In this document: positions 1 through 11,940 of the stretch, one piece after another
Position numbering within the stretch: the stretch's first letter is position 1
How the letters are laid out: each line of letters begins with the position of its first letter
NCBI GenBank assembly: GCA_963924565.1
Contig: OZ004613.1
Span: forward strand, 4,278,001 to 4,342,000
Direction: 5' to 3'
From: Ascidiella aspersa
Taxonomy: Eukaryota
DNA length: 64,000 bases
Position numbers and translations under genes: made by a program
Notes under the pieces: model-generated
The model's database searches: none
Told to the model about the DNA's origin: nothing
The model's input: the letters and a program-made list of their open reading frames with translations, nothing else

Positions 1-308
1 TCAAATAGCGTTCTTCGCATAACCGGGGCGCGTCCAACAAACATTAGGCTTGCACAAAACAACAAGGTTAATCTTTTGTCTTTTTTAAGTTTCTATTCAA
101 GTTTGGTTCTTATATTTTTTTCCCTATTCAAATGATATAACGTTTTGGAGATTTTATAGTAGCCGCTGCTAAATTCGTGTTTTTGCAAAATCAAAGCAGA
201 AATTCACAAGACCATGAAACTCAGTTATTTAATGCAACTGTACAAATAGAAAGAACGAAAAATAAAAAGTAAAACGTTTGAACCTCATGGGCTACTGGGC
301 CGAACTAA

Positions 309-3300
309 TTAGGAAGTGGCCACCGCGGCAATTTCAATTTCGTTGGAAGGTTTGGCCGAGTTGGCGGCAACGCGGTTCTTGCATCTGGCGCACAATTTGT
401 CAAAAACACTTGAGTAAAGCAAAGGGTTCATGGCGCTGTTAATGGGAAGCAAAATGCCGGCACTGACAATGTAAACGTCGTTTGAAAGTTTCACCCCGCC
501 CACGGCCAAGAAGCCGCAAATACACAAGGGAATCCAGCATAGAAAGTCGGTGATGAGCAAGCGAGAAATTCGCCTTTGTAAGTCGGTGTTGATCTGATGC
601 CATCTGCGTTTCGTCATTTTTTTGCTTTCGGAATAAATGACGACGTAAGAAGCGAGCATGAAAACGAACAGTACAAAGTTTACGGTTACGAGAAAAATCG
701 AGTATTCCCAAGACGAGTCGGTTACAGACGCGAAAAGTCTAGGCATGCAAACGCTGGTCTCGCCGTAATAACCGAACGTGCCGGAAATTGGCAGAGCGGG
801 AAAGGCGCTGTGTATGAGTTGCGTCACTTCGTGCCAAGTGGGCTTCGTCAGGTTTCTTTGAATCCTGCGAGCCAACTGGAACATTTGGCCGGTGGAAACT
901 TTGTCGGAACGAAAAAAACGCGACGAAAACCAAACGTGCGAAACAAAGTAACCCGAACGAAAATAAAACGTGGGAATGGCGGCCAGCAGAAAACTTAAAA
1001 CCCAGATAGCGATGCAAATCGAATAAACCTCTTTCAATTTAAGGGATCTGGCGTCGACCGGGTTTCGCAACGATTTGAGCCGAAACGCGGTCATTGCAGT
1101 CATTGTGAAGGCGCTGATTTGGGAGGCCGCCACCAGTATCACCCCCAGCCCGGAGCAAGTCGAACTGGTTCGCCAAGCAGCGTCAACACTGCAATAATCA
1201 CCCGAAAGCTGGAGGCCTTTGACGGCGATGCCGAGCAAGTAGCAGCCCATCATGAAATCTGCCGCCGAAAGGCTCATGATGAAGACGTTTGTGTTTTGCT
1301 TGAGCGCGGTTATATTGCGCTGCGAGGCGAGCATTTCTCGTAGAGTGGTCGCAAAGACCAAGAGGTTAAACACGCACGCTACCACTCCCATTACCCAAAA
1401 GCAAGCCCGAAAAAATACGTTTGCAATCATTTCCTTTTGGCTCGAGAATATCGAGCTGCGCTTGCTGACGTCCGGGCATTCGTCGCTCCCGTCCGAGCAC
1501 TGCTTGAAGCCGTCTTCTACAAACTTACTGGCGACCGAGATGGGCTTTTTGCTGCGACAGTAAAACCGCCCAGAGCAGCGAAGTTGGTCTTCGTCGGATG
1601 CGTCTTGGCAGTCGATTATTCCGTCACAAAGCTGAGTGACGTCGATGCTTGTGAGGTCGCCCTGTGAGCACGTGTAGCGTTTCGGGCAGAGCGCTGTCTC
1701 ATTTATGCCGCATACAAACGGTCCCGGTAGTTCAGGAGCTCCGAGACAAACCGGCCCATATCGAGATTTGACGAGCACACAGGTGTCAGTGCAGAATGCT
1801 GGGGGATTTTTGCAACCCGAACACTCGTCAGATAAATCCCAGCATTCAGGTCTTTCGTCGCATTTAGTTGCCGTCACCAACCGGCGGGTGTCGTTAAACG
1901 CCGAGTTGTAGCAAGTCATTGTTTCCCTATGTTCAGTTACAGTTACCAAATCACTGCAATATTTAACGTTGTTGTTGACTTGGCACGTACTACTCGTGTT
2001 GCACAACACTTTCTCGATGTCCAAGCAGTCAGTTTTATCGTGGCAATGCATTCGACCCGGGGGGCAATTGTGTCTAGCTTCGCCCAAGATGGCCTCGCAC
2101 ACAGTTTGGTCTCCGCACAAGCATTCGTCGGAAAGGTCGTAGCAGTCAGCCACGCCGTCGCAGACTTGCCCTTGCGAAATCACCAGTCGTTTGTCCAGGC
2201 ACAAAAAGCATTTCAACTCTCCCCCGACGAAGCAAAGGTCCGACTTGTCGGCGCACTGCGCAAAGTCATCGTAGAGATTGATCTGCGGCAAAACGCACAA
2301 ACCCGTGCTGCTCAATCCGGAGCACTTGAAGCCGAACTCGCTTTTCGAATCGCTGCATTCCGATGTGTAGCGATCGTTGCAGAACTGCCACAAGGGCTGA
2401 ACGGTCTCGGCGTTGCAGAAGTAGTGAGATTGGCAGGTGCCGCTTAGGACGCACAACCACTCGTCATCGCCCAAAACCAGGTGTTTCTGATCCGCCCAAT
2501 GGTCGATCATTTTACAGCAGTTGTAGTGCTGGAAAGATAGCAGCGTGTTCTTACTGCTGTCATCCGAGCAGCGAAATATGCCCGGACCGTTTCGCACGCA
2601 CGCCTCGTCTTGCCCGCCCAGGCAGTCCTTATTTCCGTCGCCTAGCTGGTTATCCTTTATGCATTGTTCTTGATCCGCGCTGCCACTGAAAGTCGGGCAC
2701 TCGAGCTCGGCGTATTTGCAAGTCGTGCAGTTGGACTCGTCGCTGCGGTCGCTGCAGTGCTTGTGCCCGTCGCAAACCCACGCCCGTGAAATGCACTTGC
2801 TCCCGTCCTTGCACAGCCACTGGTCTTTGCGGCACGAAGACACGCAGTTCCACTCGTCGCTGTTATCAACGCAAGAAGCTCGCCCGTCGCAGAGCGAAGT
2901 TGTGTTGAGGCATTTACTGCCGTCCTTGCACCGCCATTCGCTTTCAAGGCACGATCCGACGCAGTCCAGCTCGTCGCTTCTATCGTCGCAGTTCGCCGCG
3001 CCGTTACACACAAGCGTCTGCAGTATGCACCGGCTTCCGTCGCCGCACAGCCACGAGTTGTTTTTGCAACTTGTGCAGTTCAACTCGTCGCTGTAGTCGA
3101 CGCAGTAAGCGCGTCCGTCGCACAACCAGTTCGTTCCGATGCAAGTGTCGCCAGTCGCGCACTTCCAACGCCGATCGTCGCACTTTGCCGAACAGTTCGC
3201 CTCGTCGCTTTTATCGTCGCAGTCTTCCCTTCCGTTACAGTGCAGATTGAGGTCGATGCATTCGCTCCTGTCCTTGCAAAGCCACTGGTCTGCGCCGCAA

Positions 3301-3836
3301 GTGGTCACGCAGTTCAGCTCGTCGCTGGCGTCGTCGCAGTCGCTCGCATTGTCGCAAACGGAGCCCTTCGTGATGCACCGGCCGCCATCGTTACAGAGCC
3401 ACTGCCCGTCCGGACATGACGTTTTGCAGTAGCTCTCGTCACTTCCGTCGTTGCAGTCGTTTCGTCCGGCGCAAACCCAGCTCTTCGGGATGCACTTTGC
3501 TCCGTCCTTGCACAGCCACTCGTCGTCCCGACACGATTTGACGCAGTCCAGCTCGTCGCTGTTGTCCTGGCAGTCCTTGCGCCCGTCGCAGAGCCATTGA
3601 CGCGGGATGCAGCGGCTTCGATCCCCGCACATCCACGCTCCGGCTCTACACTGGTGGCAGTTAGTCTCGTCCTCCCCGTCGGCGCAGTCCCAGCTTCCGT
3701 CGCAGACGTGCCCCTCCGGCAGGCAGCCCTCGCGCCGATTCCACATGCCGTTGCTGCACTCTAGCGGACACTGTGACGTCACCTCTGGGCAGCAGCGCAG
3801 CGCCGCGAGAAGAACAAGCAGCGACGCGATTTTCAT
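309..3836 (-). CDS. Intronless LDL-receptor class A (LDLa) repeat-containing rhodopsin-family GPCR (GRL101/LGR-RXFP-like 7TM, no leucine-rich repeats), 1175 aa
   Basis: Signal peptide MKIASLLVLLAAL. About 10 tandem LDLa modules (CDGxxDCxDxSDExxC) plus ~5 divergent ones in a Cys-rich stalk. Seven hydrophobic segments carry LGR-type motifs: SLSAADFMMGCYL (TM2), WRTSSTC (ECL1), SVCMP (ECL2), TDFLCWIP (TM6), LPINSAMNPLLY (TM7). Single uninterrupted ORF; candidate ATTAAA on the minus strand at 228-233. Confidence 0.93.
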   Translation of the reverse strand: MKIASLLVLLAALRCCPEVTSQCPLECSNGMWNRREGCLPEGHVCDGSWDCADGEDETNCHQCRAGAWMCGDRSRCIPRQWLCDGRKDCQDNSDELDCVKSCRDDEWLCKDGAKCIPKSWVCAGRNDCNDGSDESYCKTSCPDGQWLCNDGGRCITKGSVCDNASDCDDASDELNCVTTCGADQWLCKDRSECIDLNLHCNGREDCDDKSDEANCSAKCDDRRWKCATGDTCIGTNWLCDGRAYCVDYSDELNCTSCKNNSWLCGDGSRCILQTLVCNGAANCDDRSDELDCVGSCLESEWRCKDGSKCLNTTSLCDGRASCVDNSDEWNCVSSCRKDQWLCKDGSKCISRAWVCDGHKHCSDRSDESNCTTCKYAELECPTFSGSADQEQCIKDNQLGDGNKDCLGGQDEACVRNGPGIFRCSDDSSKNTLLSFQHYNCCKMIDHWADQKHLVLGDDEWLCVLSGTCQSHYFCNAETVQPLWQFCNDRYTSECSDSKSEFGFKCSGLSSTGLCVLPQINLYDDFAQCADKSDLCFVGGELKCFLCLDKRLVISQGQVCDGVADCYDLSDECLCGDQTVCEAILGEARHNCPPGRMHCHDKTDCLDIEKVLCNTSSTCQVNNNVKYCSDLVTVTEHRETMTCYNSAFNDTRRLVTATKCDERPECWDLSDECSGCKNPPAFCTDTCVLVKSRYGPVCLGAPELPGPFVCGINETALCPKRYTCSQGDLTSIDVTQLCDGIIDCQDASDEDQLRCSGRFYCRSKKPISVASKFVEDGFKQCSDGSDECPDVSKRSSIFSSQKEMIANVFFRACFWVMGVVACVFNLLVFATTLREMLASQRNITALKQNTNVFIMSLSAADFMMGCYLLGIAVKGLQLSGDYCSVDAAWRTSSTCSGLGVILVAASQISAFTMTAMTAFRLKSLRNPVDARSLKLKEVYSICIAIWVLSFLLAAIPTFYFRSGYFVSHVWFSSRFFRSDKVSTGQMFQLARRIQRNLTKPTWHEVTQLIHSAFPALPISGTFGYYGETSVCMPRLFASVTDSSWEYSIFLVTVNFVLFVFMLASYVVIYSESKKMTKRRWHQINTDLQRRISRLLITDFLCWIPLCICGFLAVGGVKLSNDVYIVSAGILLPINSAMNPLLYSSVFDKLCARCKNRVAANSAKPSNEIEIAAVATS

Positions 3837-4294
3837 GCTTGTATTACTCTATACCTATTTAATTACTATGTGGGGGAATATTTACGAATATTACAAAAAG
3901 ACAATTTATCTACATGAGTGTTTAACTTTTCAGAAAATACACAATCGTAGTTGTTCAGAAAAACAATAATGTACAAAAGATTAATTTGATGCACAATGAA
4001 TGTAAAAGCCTATATACGAAAGTTTTAAGGTGGCATTTATAAACGTTGAGAATGAATTTGGAATTGATGACTGTAGGTTATAGTTAAACGTAAATTGAAT
4101 TTTAAAGCCAATAGAGAAGTGAGTCGCATTTTGTGATCGTTTTAAATTGACGTGTTTTATCAATTGCTATCCATTGATACATGGGCTTTGATATTCATTC
4201 GACGTCCAACTATAACGTCCAGCCATTGCCTATGTAAAAGCACCTAAAAATAAAATGTACTCCACTACAACATACCAATAGACAGAAATCGTTC

Positions 4295-4555
4295 AATAAA
4301 GATAGACACACATATTTGTTCAACAACTGTGATCTAGCCCTTCTAACGCTGCCTTTTGACTATGATTACGGCTTACGTATCATTAGTACACCGATAGCCA
4401 TCGCAGACCAACTGAATCTTTCAATGATGCAAGCAAGGATATCTAGAAAACAACTAGCTTGTGGTGAGGTTTTAACTCACGACCTCCGGTACATAGTCCC
4501 ATAGGCTTAGAGAGGAGCATGTCGAAAAACAACAAATGACTTATTAGGACTTACG
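4295..4555 (-). mobile_element. Interspersed repeat with an internal tRNA-derived segment (copy 1)
   Basis: Collinear similarity with 42940-43215 (caactgtgatcta, gtacaccga, tcaatgatgc, actagc, gtgaggttt, aactcacgacctccggt). The minus strand reads as a tRNA T-arm/B-box remnant. Confidence 0.7.
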
Positions 4556-5706
4556 TCATTTTTAAATTTACAACACTAAAATTTTGCTATTTATTTAGGG
4601 GATTTCGCACACACACTTACATTAGTTGATATGTGGCAACGGTCCCCTTTAAAAAAATCTTCTGAACAAAACCAAGGCTTGAACTTAATTAAGTGTTTTT
4701 GGTTGAAATTTATCTTAAATTTCGCATATTAAACAATTTAATTGCTGTATATTGCGTTTGTGCTATTTTTTAGTTGAGTTGTATGATCATATTCTGAAAA
4801 ATCTACCATTTTTAATAGTTTACTGTTACGTCAATGACATGACTTGAAATGTGGCCCTCATATTGACTGGGACTTGACTTGGTTTTTCTTAAATGACTTG
4901 ACTCTGACTTAATTCATTTTAAGATGACTTGTTTACAACACTGTCTAAAACTCTTTATCATATCTTTGCTTCACCAGGGTCGGCATAAAAATGTTTAAAT
5001 ATGACATCATAAATTGACGTCTTAAAACGGGTATTTTTCGCTCAAATGAACATAAAATAGAAATAAAGTCTAAATACGAGAAAAAAGGTGTCAACGCGCT
5101 TTTGTTTTTACTGAACTCAGTTTATTAAACAAATTGTTGCATTCTGAAATAACATACGATTTAACTAGGGTTTCGTGGACCCAATAAAAACTAGGCTACG
5201 AACCCCGCCGTTTAATAACTCCTGCTTAGGCGGTAATTTGACTGCGTAAATGATACGTTGGTGCTGCGTCTGAGCAATTGCGAACCTCAGAGGAAAGACT
5301 GGCTTTGGCTAAAGGCAATTTGAGACGCTTGCGTGCTTAAGCGTAATTAGCGATATTTTAAGCGACTAATAGCTGGAATCTAACTGTGGCATTTTCTCAC
5401 GTGGACTTCTTATATCCGAAGGTGGCCATTAGAGCAAGTGCGTCCGGCTTATATTGCCACTTTGCCAATCTGAGCTTAAAACCAGTTACATAACACTTCA
5501 TAACGATTGACTGTAACCCTAACTGGTAAATTTTAGATCTTGAAGTCAATAATTGCTGTAATACTGGATAATTTTTGTTTATATGTTTATTGTTGCATAA
5601 GAACTAATTAAATGAGATAACTTTAAACTCTTACTGGTAAAATTAACATACTTTAATATTGGTAGAAATGCAAGATAGCTTTTTTGAGTTTTATGTATCT
5701 ACAAAA

Positions 5707-5920
5707 CCGTGCTGTAATGACTGAAGTAAATGATTTGACTTATTGCTCATAATCGTACGAGTTAAATTTTTTCATAGTTAAACGTTTTCCTTTCATGACA
5801 AGAAATAACTTGAAAGTTACTTTCTCTAGGTATGATTCGGACTGACACTTACTTTTTATTTATTCAAAAAAGACTTGACTGGGACTTAATCCATTTCAAA
5901 ATTACTTGTTTACAACACGG
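5707..5920. mobile_element. Non-autonomous hAT-like MITE, GACTT(G)-rich family
   Basis: Terminal inverted repeats (TIRs) ccgtgctgtaa / ttacaacacgg; perfect 8-bp TSD ctacaaaa (5699-5706, 5921-5928); internal gacttgact motifs. Related copies at ~4820-4943, 13687-13837, 15465-15707, 21506-22518, 32590-32720, 43670-44149, 51659-51990. Confidence 0.8.
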
Positions 5921-7124
5921 CTACAAAATCAGAAGCAGCTTTCGCTTAAACATCGGTTTTATTACGTTGTATAACTACTTTAACTGACAGAAACGTAGCT
6001 CGAGTGAAAAAATCTGATTTGTTTCTGATAACAAGAAATATTGCCAATATATATTGAGAAATCTGGCAGGTGACCTGACTGTTTACAAGCAAGTTTAATT
6101 CAAATGAGTGAAACCGCGCAGGCAAATTGCCCAAAAGCAGCATTTTCTTTAGTTATTATAACACCTTCCCAGTAAAGACTAACTGTAACATTTTATGTGA
6201 CGTCATAATCAGGAACTATTCTTTATTTTATTTTTTAGTCCTATGTTTGATATTTTGGCTAGAAATTCGCCGAACAGATACCGTTATTTTATTACAAAGA
6301 TGAATGAAGAAAGTTATAGACATGGCTGAGATTCCTTATTAAATACAATTGCAGCCTACCAAAGTGTGTTTACACTTCCGTTTTCACTTAGTCATCCCCT
6401 TTTGACACAAACATTTTTAAACACAAGTAGTTACCAATCTAGTGAAAACAAAAGAACGATTGAGCTAAAGTAATTGAATTATGTCTAAAATACCCCTATA
6501 TATTTCTCATTTTGACATAATTTTAACAATTTTTTTAACTTTTGTGACAATTGATGTTTAATAGTTAACTATCCTAACGAAATATAGCCCGGTTCAGGTT
6601 TTATAATGTATTTTCAGGCTGTAGGTCCGCCGAAATTCGCTTAATAATGAAAACCAAACACAGCATCTGGGTGACATGATATTACATTTACTGTGTACAA
6701 GCTCTCTCTAAAATGCAAAATACCACTTTAAAACACACATTCGTCCTGACCCAAATAGCGAAAATAATAAATTAAATCTGTGGTACCTAAAGTCGAATAT
6801 AGAACAAACTGGAATACAATGCAAATTTCCATTAGGGACATTCCCTAAAACCCGCTAGGAAACCTGTACAGCACCCTAAACATCGCAACATACAACCTCG
6901 AACACAAACTAGCCAAGAATATGTGTAAAGTATGGTATCTTAAACCAGATTTCGACTAAACCGATCTCTTTACTAAACCTACATAGAATCACCCAAAAAT
7001 GCAAATTACTACGTCAGAACACAACTTATTCTGAACAAAATCATTCCAGTTTCACTGTAATATTCGGTGCTTAAAGCTAAGTCATAGTACTTTCTGAATT
7101 AAATTAATTCCCGTAGCCAACACA

Positions 7125-7391
7125 CATAGGCGTAGCCAGGGAGGGCTGGGGGCCATAGCCCCCCCAAAATTTATAAACATTTTACTCTTAATAACTTGTT
7201 TTCTTTAGCATTTATGTTTTTGCTCTTTGACTGTTTTTTGAATATTGCGTTAACACCCAGTCAGTTGCTGCTCGAAACGGTTTGCTAGCATTGTTATTTG
7301 TTACGGCAGTTAGTACAATGACAAAAGCTAAACAAAAAATTCCAACTTTTTAGCCCCCCCAAAAAAAACTTTTCGGCTGGCTACGCCACTG
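7125..7391. mobile_element. hAT (Tip100-like) MITE
   Basis: TIRs cataggcgtagccag / ctggctacgccactg; perfect 8-bp TSD ccaacaca (7117-7124, 7392-7399); subterminal G/C runs. Confidence 0.85.
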
Positions 7392-8732
7392 CCAACACAG
7401 TATCCCATCGAAAATGTAAGAAATACCTCGAAAGACAAATCCGACCTGATCAAATTGCTCGAGTGTGTTTCAAGCGTGTTCTGGTGAACGAAGGTACGTT
7501 TGTCGTTTTGTGTTTGACAACAGCGCCTCGGGACAGAGCTGGAACTGATAAGAAGAAGTGAGATCAGCTAAAACGTTAAACGCCTAAACACGAAGATTAA
7601 AACTTTTTTTAAACAAACTACTTCACCTTAAGGTAATCGCGTTTCAAGGTTTTCAACCATTTAGCATTCTTAAAACAAACCCAACCATTTCGCTCCTTAA
7701 TAAATTCCTCAAAGGTCCGTTCAACACATTTTAGCTTTTTTGGAGTAAAATAAATGTTTTTTTATTTCTTGTCAAGGTTGTCTCGTATAATTTAAGAATT
7801 AAAAAAAAAATAACTTCGACAATTGCAAGGAAAGCGAATTTTATACAACTTGTGATTTGCGATTAAACTTAACCCTCTGTTAATATAAAAGCTTATTAGG
7901 ATACTCCTTTTCGGTGTTCTTACCAAAACCGAAATCTTCAATATAAAAAGAGGGACCTAACTGAATGACGGCATTTATCATATTGTATAACTTCGAACAA
8001 TTGTGTACGATCTTACATTACCGTACTGGGGATGTTATAAGCACTTAGCTGGTCGTTTATTTGACGTTGTTTTCCACAGTGAAGGCTACGATTCTGGTAA
8101 CTTTTCGTATACAATAGCGCTATCGTTCAGTAAGTATAAAACTAACTTTATATCGGTGTCATAAACAACTAAAAATTGTAATTATAAAAACGAGAGAAAA
8201 AACAATTACTTTCATGCCGTTTAACCAATATTACTGCACTAAGAATGAAACGATTTTGTTTATTTACATGGGCCTGATATCTATGGTGGAGATTTTAATT
8301 CAACCCTGTGTAGTATTTTAAAAATCAAAATCGAAATCGAAAATGCCGGGCGGCAGTAACCCCCCTTAAGGCCTCTATAAAGCTGAATAGCGGCCCTTTG
8401 TTGTAGTCGCATCATTAATAATTTCGCAATCTATTGTTGGTAGCATTGTCCTTCAGATCCCCGTGGTTTCGACGTACTCTATCAAAGGCGAGTAACAAAC
8501 ATTTCAATTTCATTTTTTTTTCGAATTATACGTAGGACCAATGTTTTATAGCCACTTTTGGGTGTTTAAGTGTTGATAAACACGTAACAGTATAGGTAAA
8601 AAGTCTAAAGTCATGGTCCGAAAACAATTTTCTTAACACTTTAATAGTTGTATAATTTGCATTCCAATAATCAAAAAACATATACAATCGAATGGCTGAT
8701 GTTACTTCTATTAGCAGTTAGAGGTAGTATAT

Positions 8733-9014
8733 CAGGGGTGTTTAAATGATTTCTGCCATGATCCGCCACAGCCAAACCTGACAACATGATGATCCACCAA
8801 ATACGAATAGTAAACATGTTGGTCACGCTTTAATTTTTATGATGCTTTATTTATGTAAATGTACTCTACAACATATTGAAAATTTTCGCACTTGCGTATA
8901 GTTAAAATAGTCAAAAAGTAAGTATTTTATTTTTTCAAGGCTACATTAGAAGATCCGCACAAAACGTTGAAAAGATCCGGAACCGGATCGCGATCAGCCA
9001 TTCGAGCATGACCG
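8733..9014. mobile_element. hAT (Charlie/Buster-like) MITE, degraded right TIR
   Basis: Starts caggggtg. Perfect 8-bp TSD tagtatat (8725-8732, 9015-9022); internal gatccgc motifs. Confidence 0.7.
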
Positions 9015-11009
9015 TAGTATATCATTGTTGTCCGAAATGATCTCCTTAAAATTTTCCAATGCCTACTAAGGATATATGCACCCACTGGTTAAGAACAACT
9101 GCTTAATAAACAATCAAGTAGCGTAAATGCCTCTTTGTCCATAATAATATATAGAACATCGTGGTCCGACTATTTTTTTTCGCAGACCTTCAGAAGCAGT
9201 CAGTTTTATATGGCGGGCCAATGTATAGCAAGGGAGAATTTTTAGGGGGCATAAAAAATCGTAAATCGTCAATAGTTACGTCATAATGTAATGTCATCAC
9301 AAGTTAAATTACGAAACATGCTGTTCTCGTGAGAAGTGGTGGACGCGTATGAAAACAAAAACTCGTCTAATTTGTTTTAGTTGGCAAAATGTTTACACGG
9401 ATTGTGTACATATTACTGTACCACTGTCCACTATGTTATTCCCCACTTATTAATTCCAGCACCAAAATCATGTAAAACGTTCGTGCAAAAAGGCATGCTT
9501 TGCGTTTATCTGGCTTTAAAAGTGGGATAGGTGCTAGTGCTACTCACGATTTATAGGCCATTTTGCAATACTGATTTGCGTTAATTGCCTGAACTAAATA
9601 ATTTGACCGAACTCGCATTTTGCATATAGAGTCCAAGTTTGCATGGCGCTTGGCAAATAATAAATTTGCAGGAGCGAAATAAAAATAAAGCAAATAGAGC
9701 AATGAGGGATTTCATTGTTGGCCGAAAAAAAATAGTTTGTTTGAATTTATCACTAACCAATACAAATGAAATCGCAGGCCACTAAAATAGTGCTATTTGT
9801 CCTGCGAGCCCGTAATTAGACCACACTGCTATACGGCAGAATGGCCACTTATGTTCATATATTTCTCCACTGCTGGCGCTCTTGAGCAAATTTCGTTACA
9901 AACGTAAATGGCCCTACAGGGAAGAACCCAATTACGTAAAATAAGCGGAAGTGCAGCGGGCACCTGTCTACTCACTAGTTTTACACTCGCGCTTAAACCT
10001 TTAAATTTGCGGTTTGTAAACCCAATCGCTTTGGAGTTTTACATATGTAGTTTTATTGCAAAACATAGTCCTCCTAGATGTTGAAAATGAATAAAAAGTT
10101 ATTCGAAACGTTCAAGATGATACCTACTTCTTTAAGGGCTTTGATATTTCTATTACGTCTTACTACAACCTCCAACCATTATGCTCCATAGTCCTCCTAG
10201 AAGCGCGATTTTGCCCTAATATTTAAATAAAAAGTATGGTAAAGTTAAAAAATAGACTTCAAGTGTTTTTAAAGGGTTATATTTTTTAATATACATACAA
10301 TATAGTATTATAACTAGGGATGAGAGTAGAATAATTTTAATTCCGAAAAGCGTGAAAGATTTTAAGAGATGACGTCACAAAGTTACTAACAGGACATCTA
10401 AAACAGTCACCTTCGGAAACCTAATGTTATCGTTTGCAATGATTCACAATCTTTGTAAATGGCCGTATTTGTCTAATTCTAAATAGAGGAATCAGGTGGA
10501 ACTGTATAAAGACAAATTGTATTGGGTTGTCGACAAGAATTAGGCCAACCGTGCTTCATCAGGTTAAAGTGTAAGTGAAAACAATTAAAATGCATGTAAA
10601 AGCACAAGCGCAAGTAAAAGGCTATAAGAATTAAACTTAAATGATTCACAAATAAGCGACAAAAAAAATAAGCGAACCAAAATCTTTGTTGAAATATATT
10701 GAAGGATATAGCGGAAATTGGAGTAAATAAGAAAAATTGCCTGGTAAAAAATAAGTTTACTAAATTACTACCTTTTTTACCGTAAAGCTGTTTTTGACCA
10801 TTTCGGTCTACTTTTACGACTGGATGATTCATCGGCAAAAAACGAAAAGGCGGCATCAATGCAATTTAATCAACTTCACGAAATTTTACTTGTCAGCATT
10901 TTTAGTTTTAATTGCGGAGTAGCACAAAGATAAAACGCCTTAAAATCTAATTTATTGTTTCGCACAAATTGTTCTTAACTGCCTATATGACGCAACACTT
11001 GAAAATGTA

Positions 11010-11940
11010 TAAATCTGTACAGCAAAGTAGGTAATCGACTTGAAAAATATTGTCTTTAGTTTAAAGTAAAATTCTAAAATCAACCCTATAATAAAGTTAA
11101 GTATTGCTAAATGTAAAACAGAATTAGTGCTTTTTATCGCTCAAAAAAGGTTGATCCAACCAACTTTAAAGTAATCACCAAGCAAAATGCTTTTCTGGAC
11201 AACATTTTATGAAAGACATGACAACTCATTATCACCCAAAGCAACAAGGGTTCTGAGTGTAATAATAATTAGATTAATTATTTAAAGACATCTCAAATTA
11301 TATTTGTTGGGGCGCATTCGCTAAATTAAAATGCAGAGAGAATCGCTCAAATTGTCTTGTCAGCTTGCAATTTAATAAAATCAGCTGCGTAGTAAAAGTG
11401 GCTAAACATCTCAATATATACCGGTAGTTAAAGTAAGTTATGTGAAATATTCAATGCATTTTTTACACCAATTTTTAACCCTTTCTACACCAACATATTT
11501 TTTTAAATACATTAAAAGATATAGCGGGATTTTGTGACTGCCTATGACTTAACACTTTAAAATATATAAAAATAAATACCTCACGCACACCTTTTTTAAT
11601 ATGTACTGTACAGCAACGTAAGTAATCGACTTGCAAAAGTTGTCTTTTAAAAGCTTAAAATAAAATAAGGTCATGCTATGTTTATGACAACTCTTCATCA
11701 CCCAACACAGGAAGGGTTCTCGATGTGTGATAATAATTATCAATTAATTATTTAAAGACATCTCAAATTATATTTGTTTTGGCGTATTTGCTAAATTAAA
11801 ATGCGGAGATATTTGCTTAAATTGTCTTGTCAGCTTGCATTTTAATAAAATCAGCTGAAAAGTGGCTAAAAATCTCAATAAATAGTTAAAGTTAAGTTAT
11901 GGGAAACATTTATTGCATTTTTGGCACCAATTTGCAACCC
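11010..11940. repeat. Imperfect direct tandem duplication (~11010-11480 and ~11600-11940)
   Basis: Shared collinear blocks, e.g. attaattatttaaagacatctcaaattatatttgtt and aaattgtcttgtcagcttgca...tttaataaaatcagctg. The second copy lacks ~130 bp. Confidence 0.9.

Noticed and set aside
439-3969. Many overlapping short ORFs on both strands within the GPCR
   Set aside because: Shadow ORFs caused by the GC-rich repetitive coding sequence; no independent motifs.
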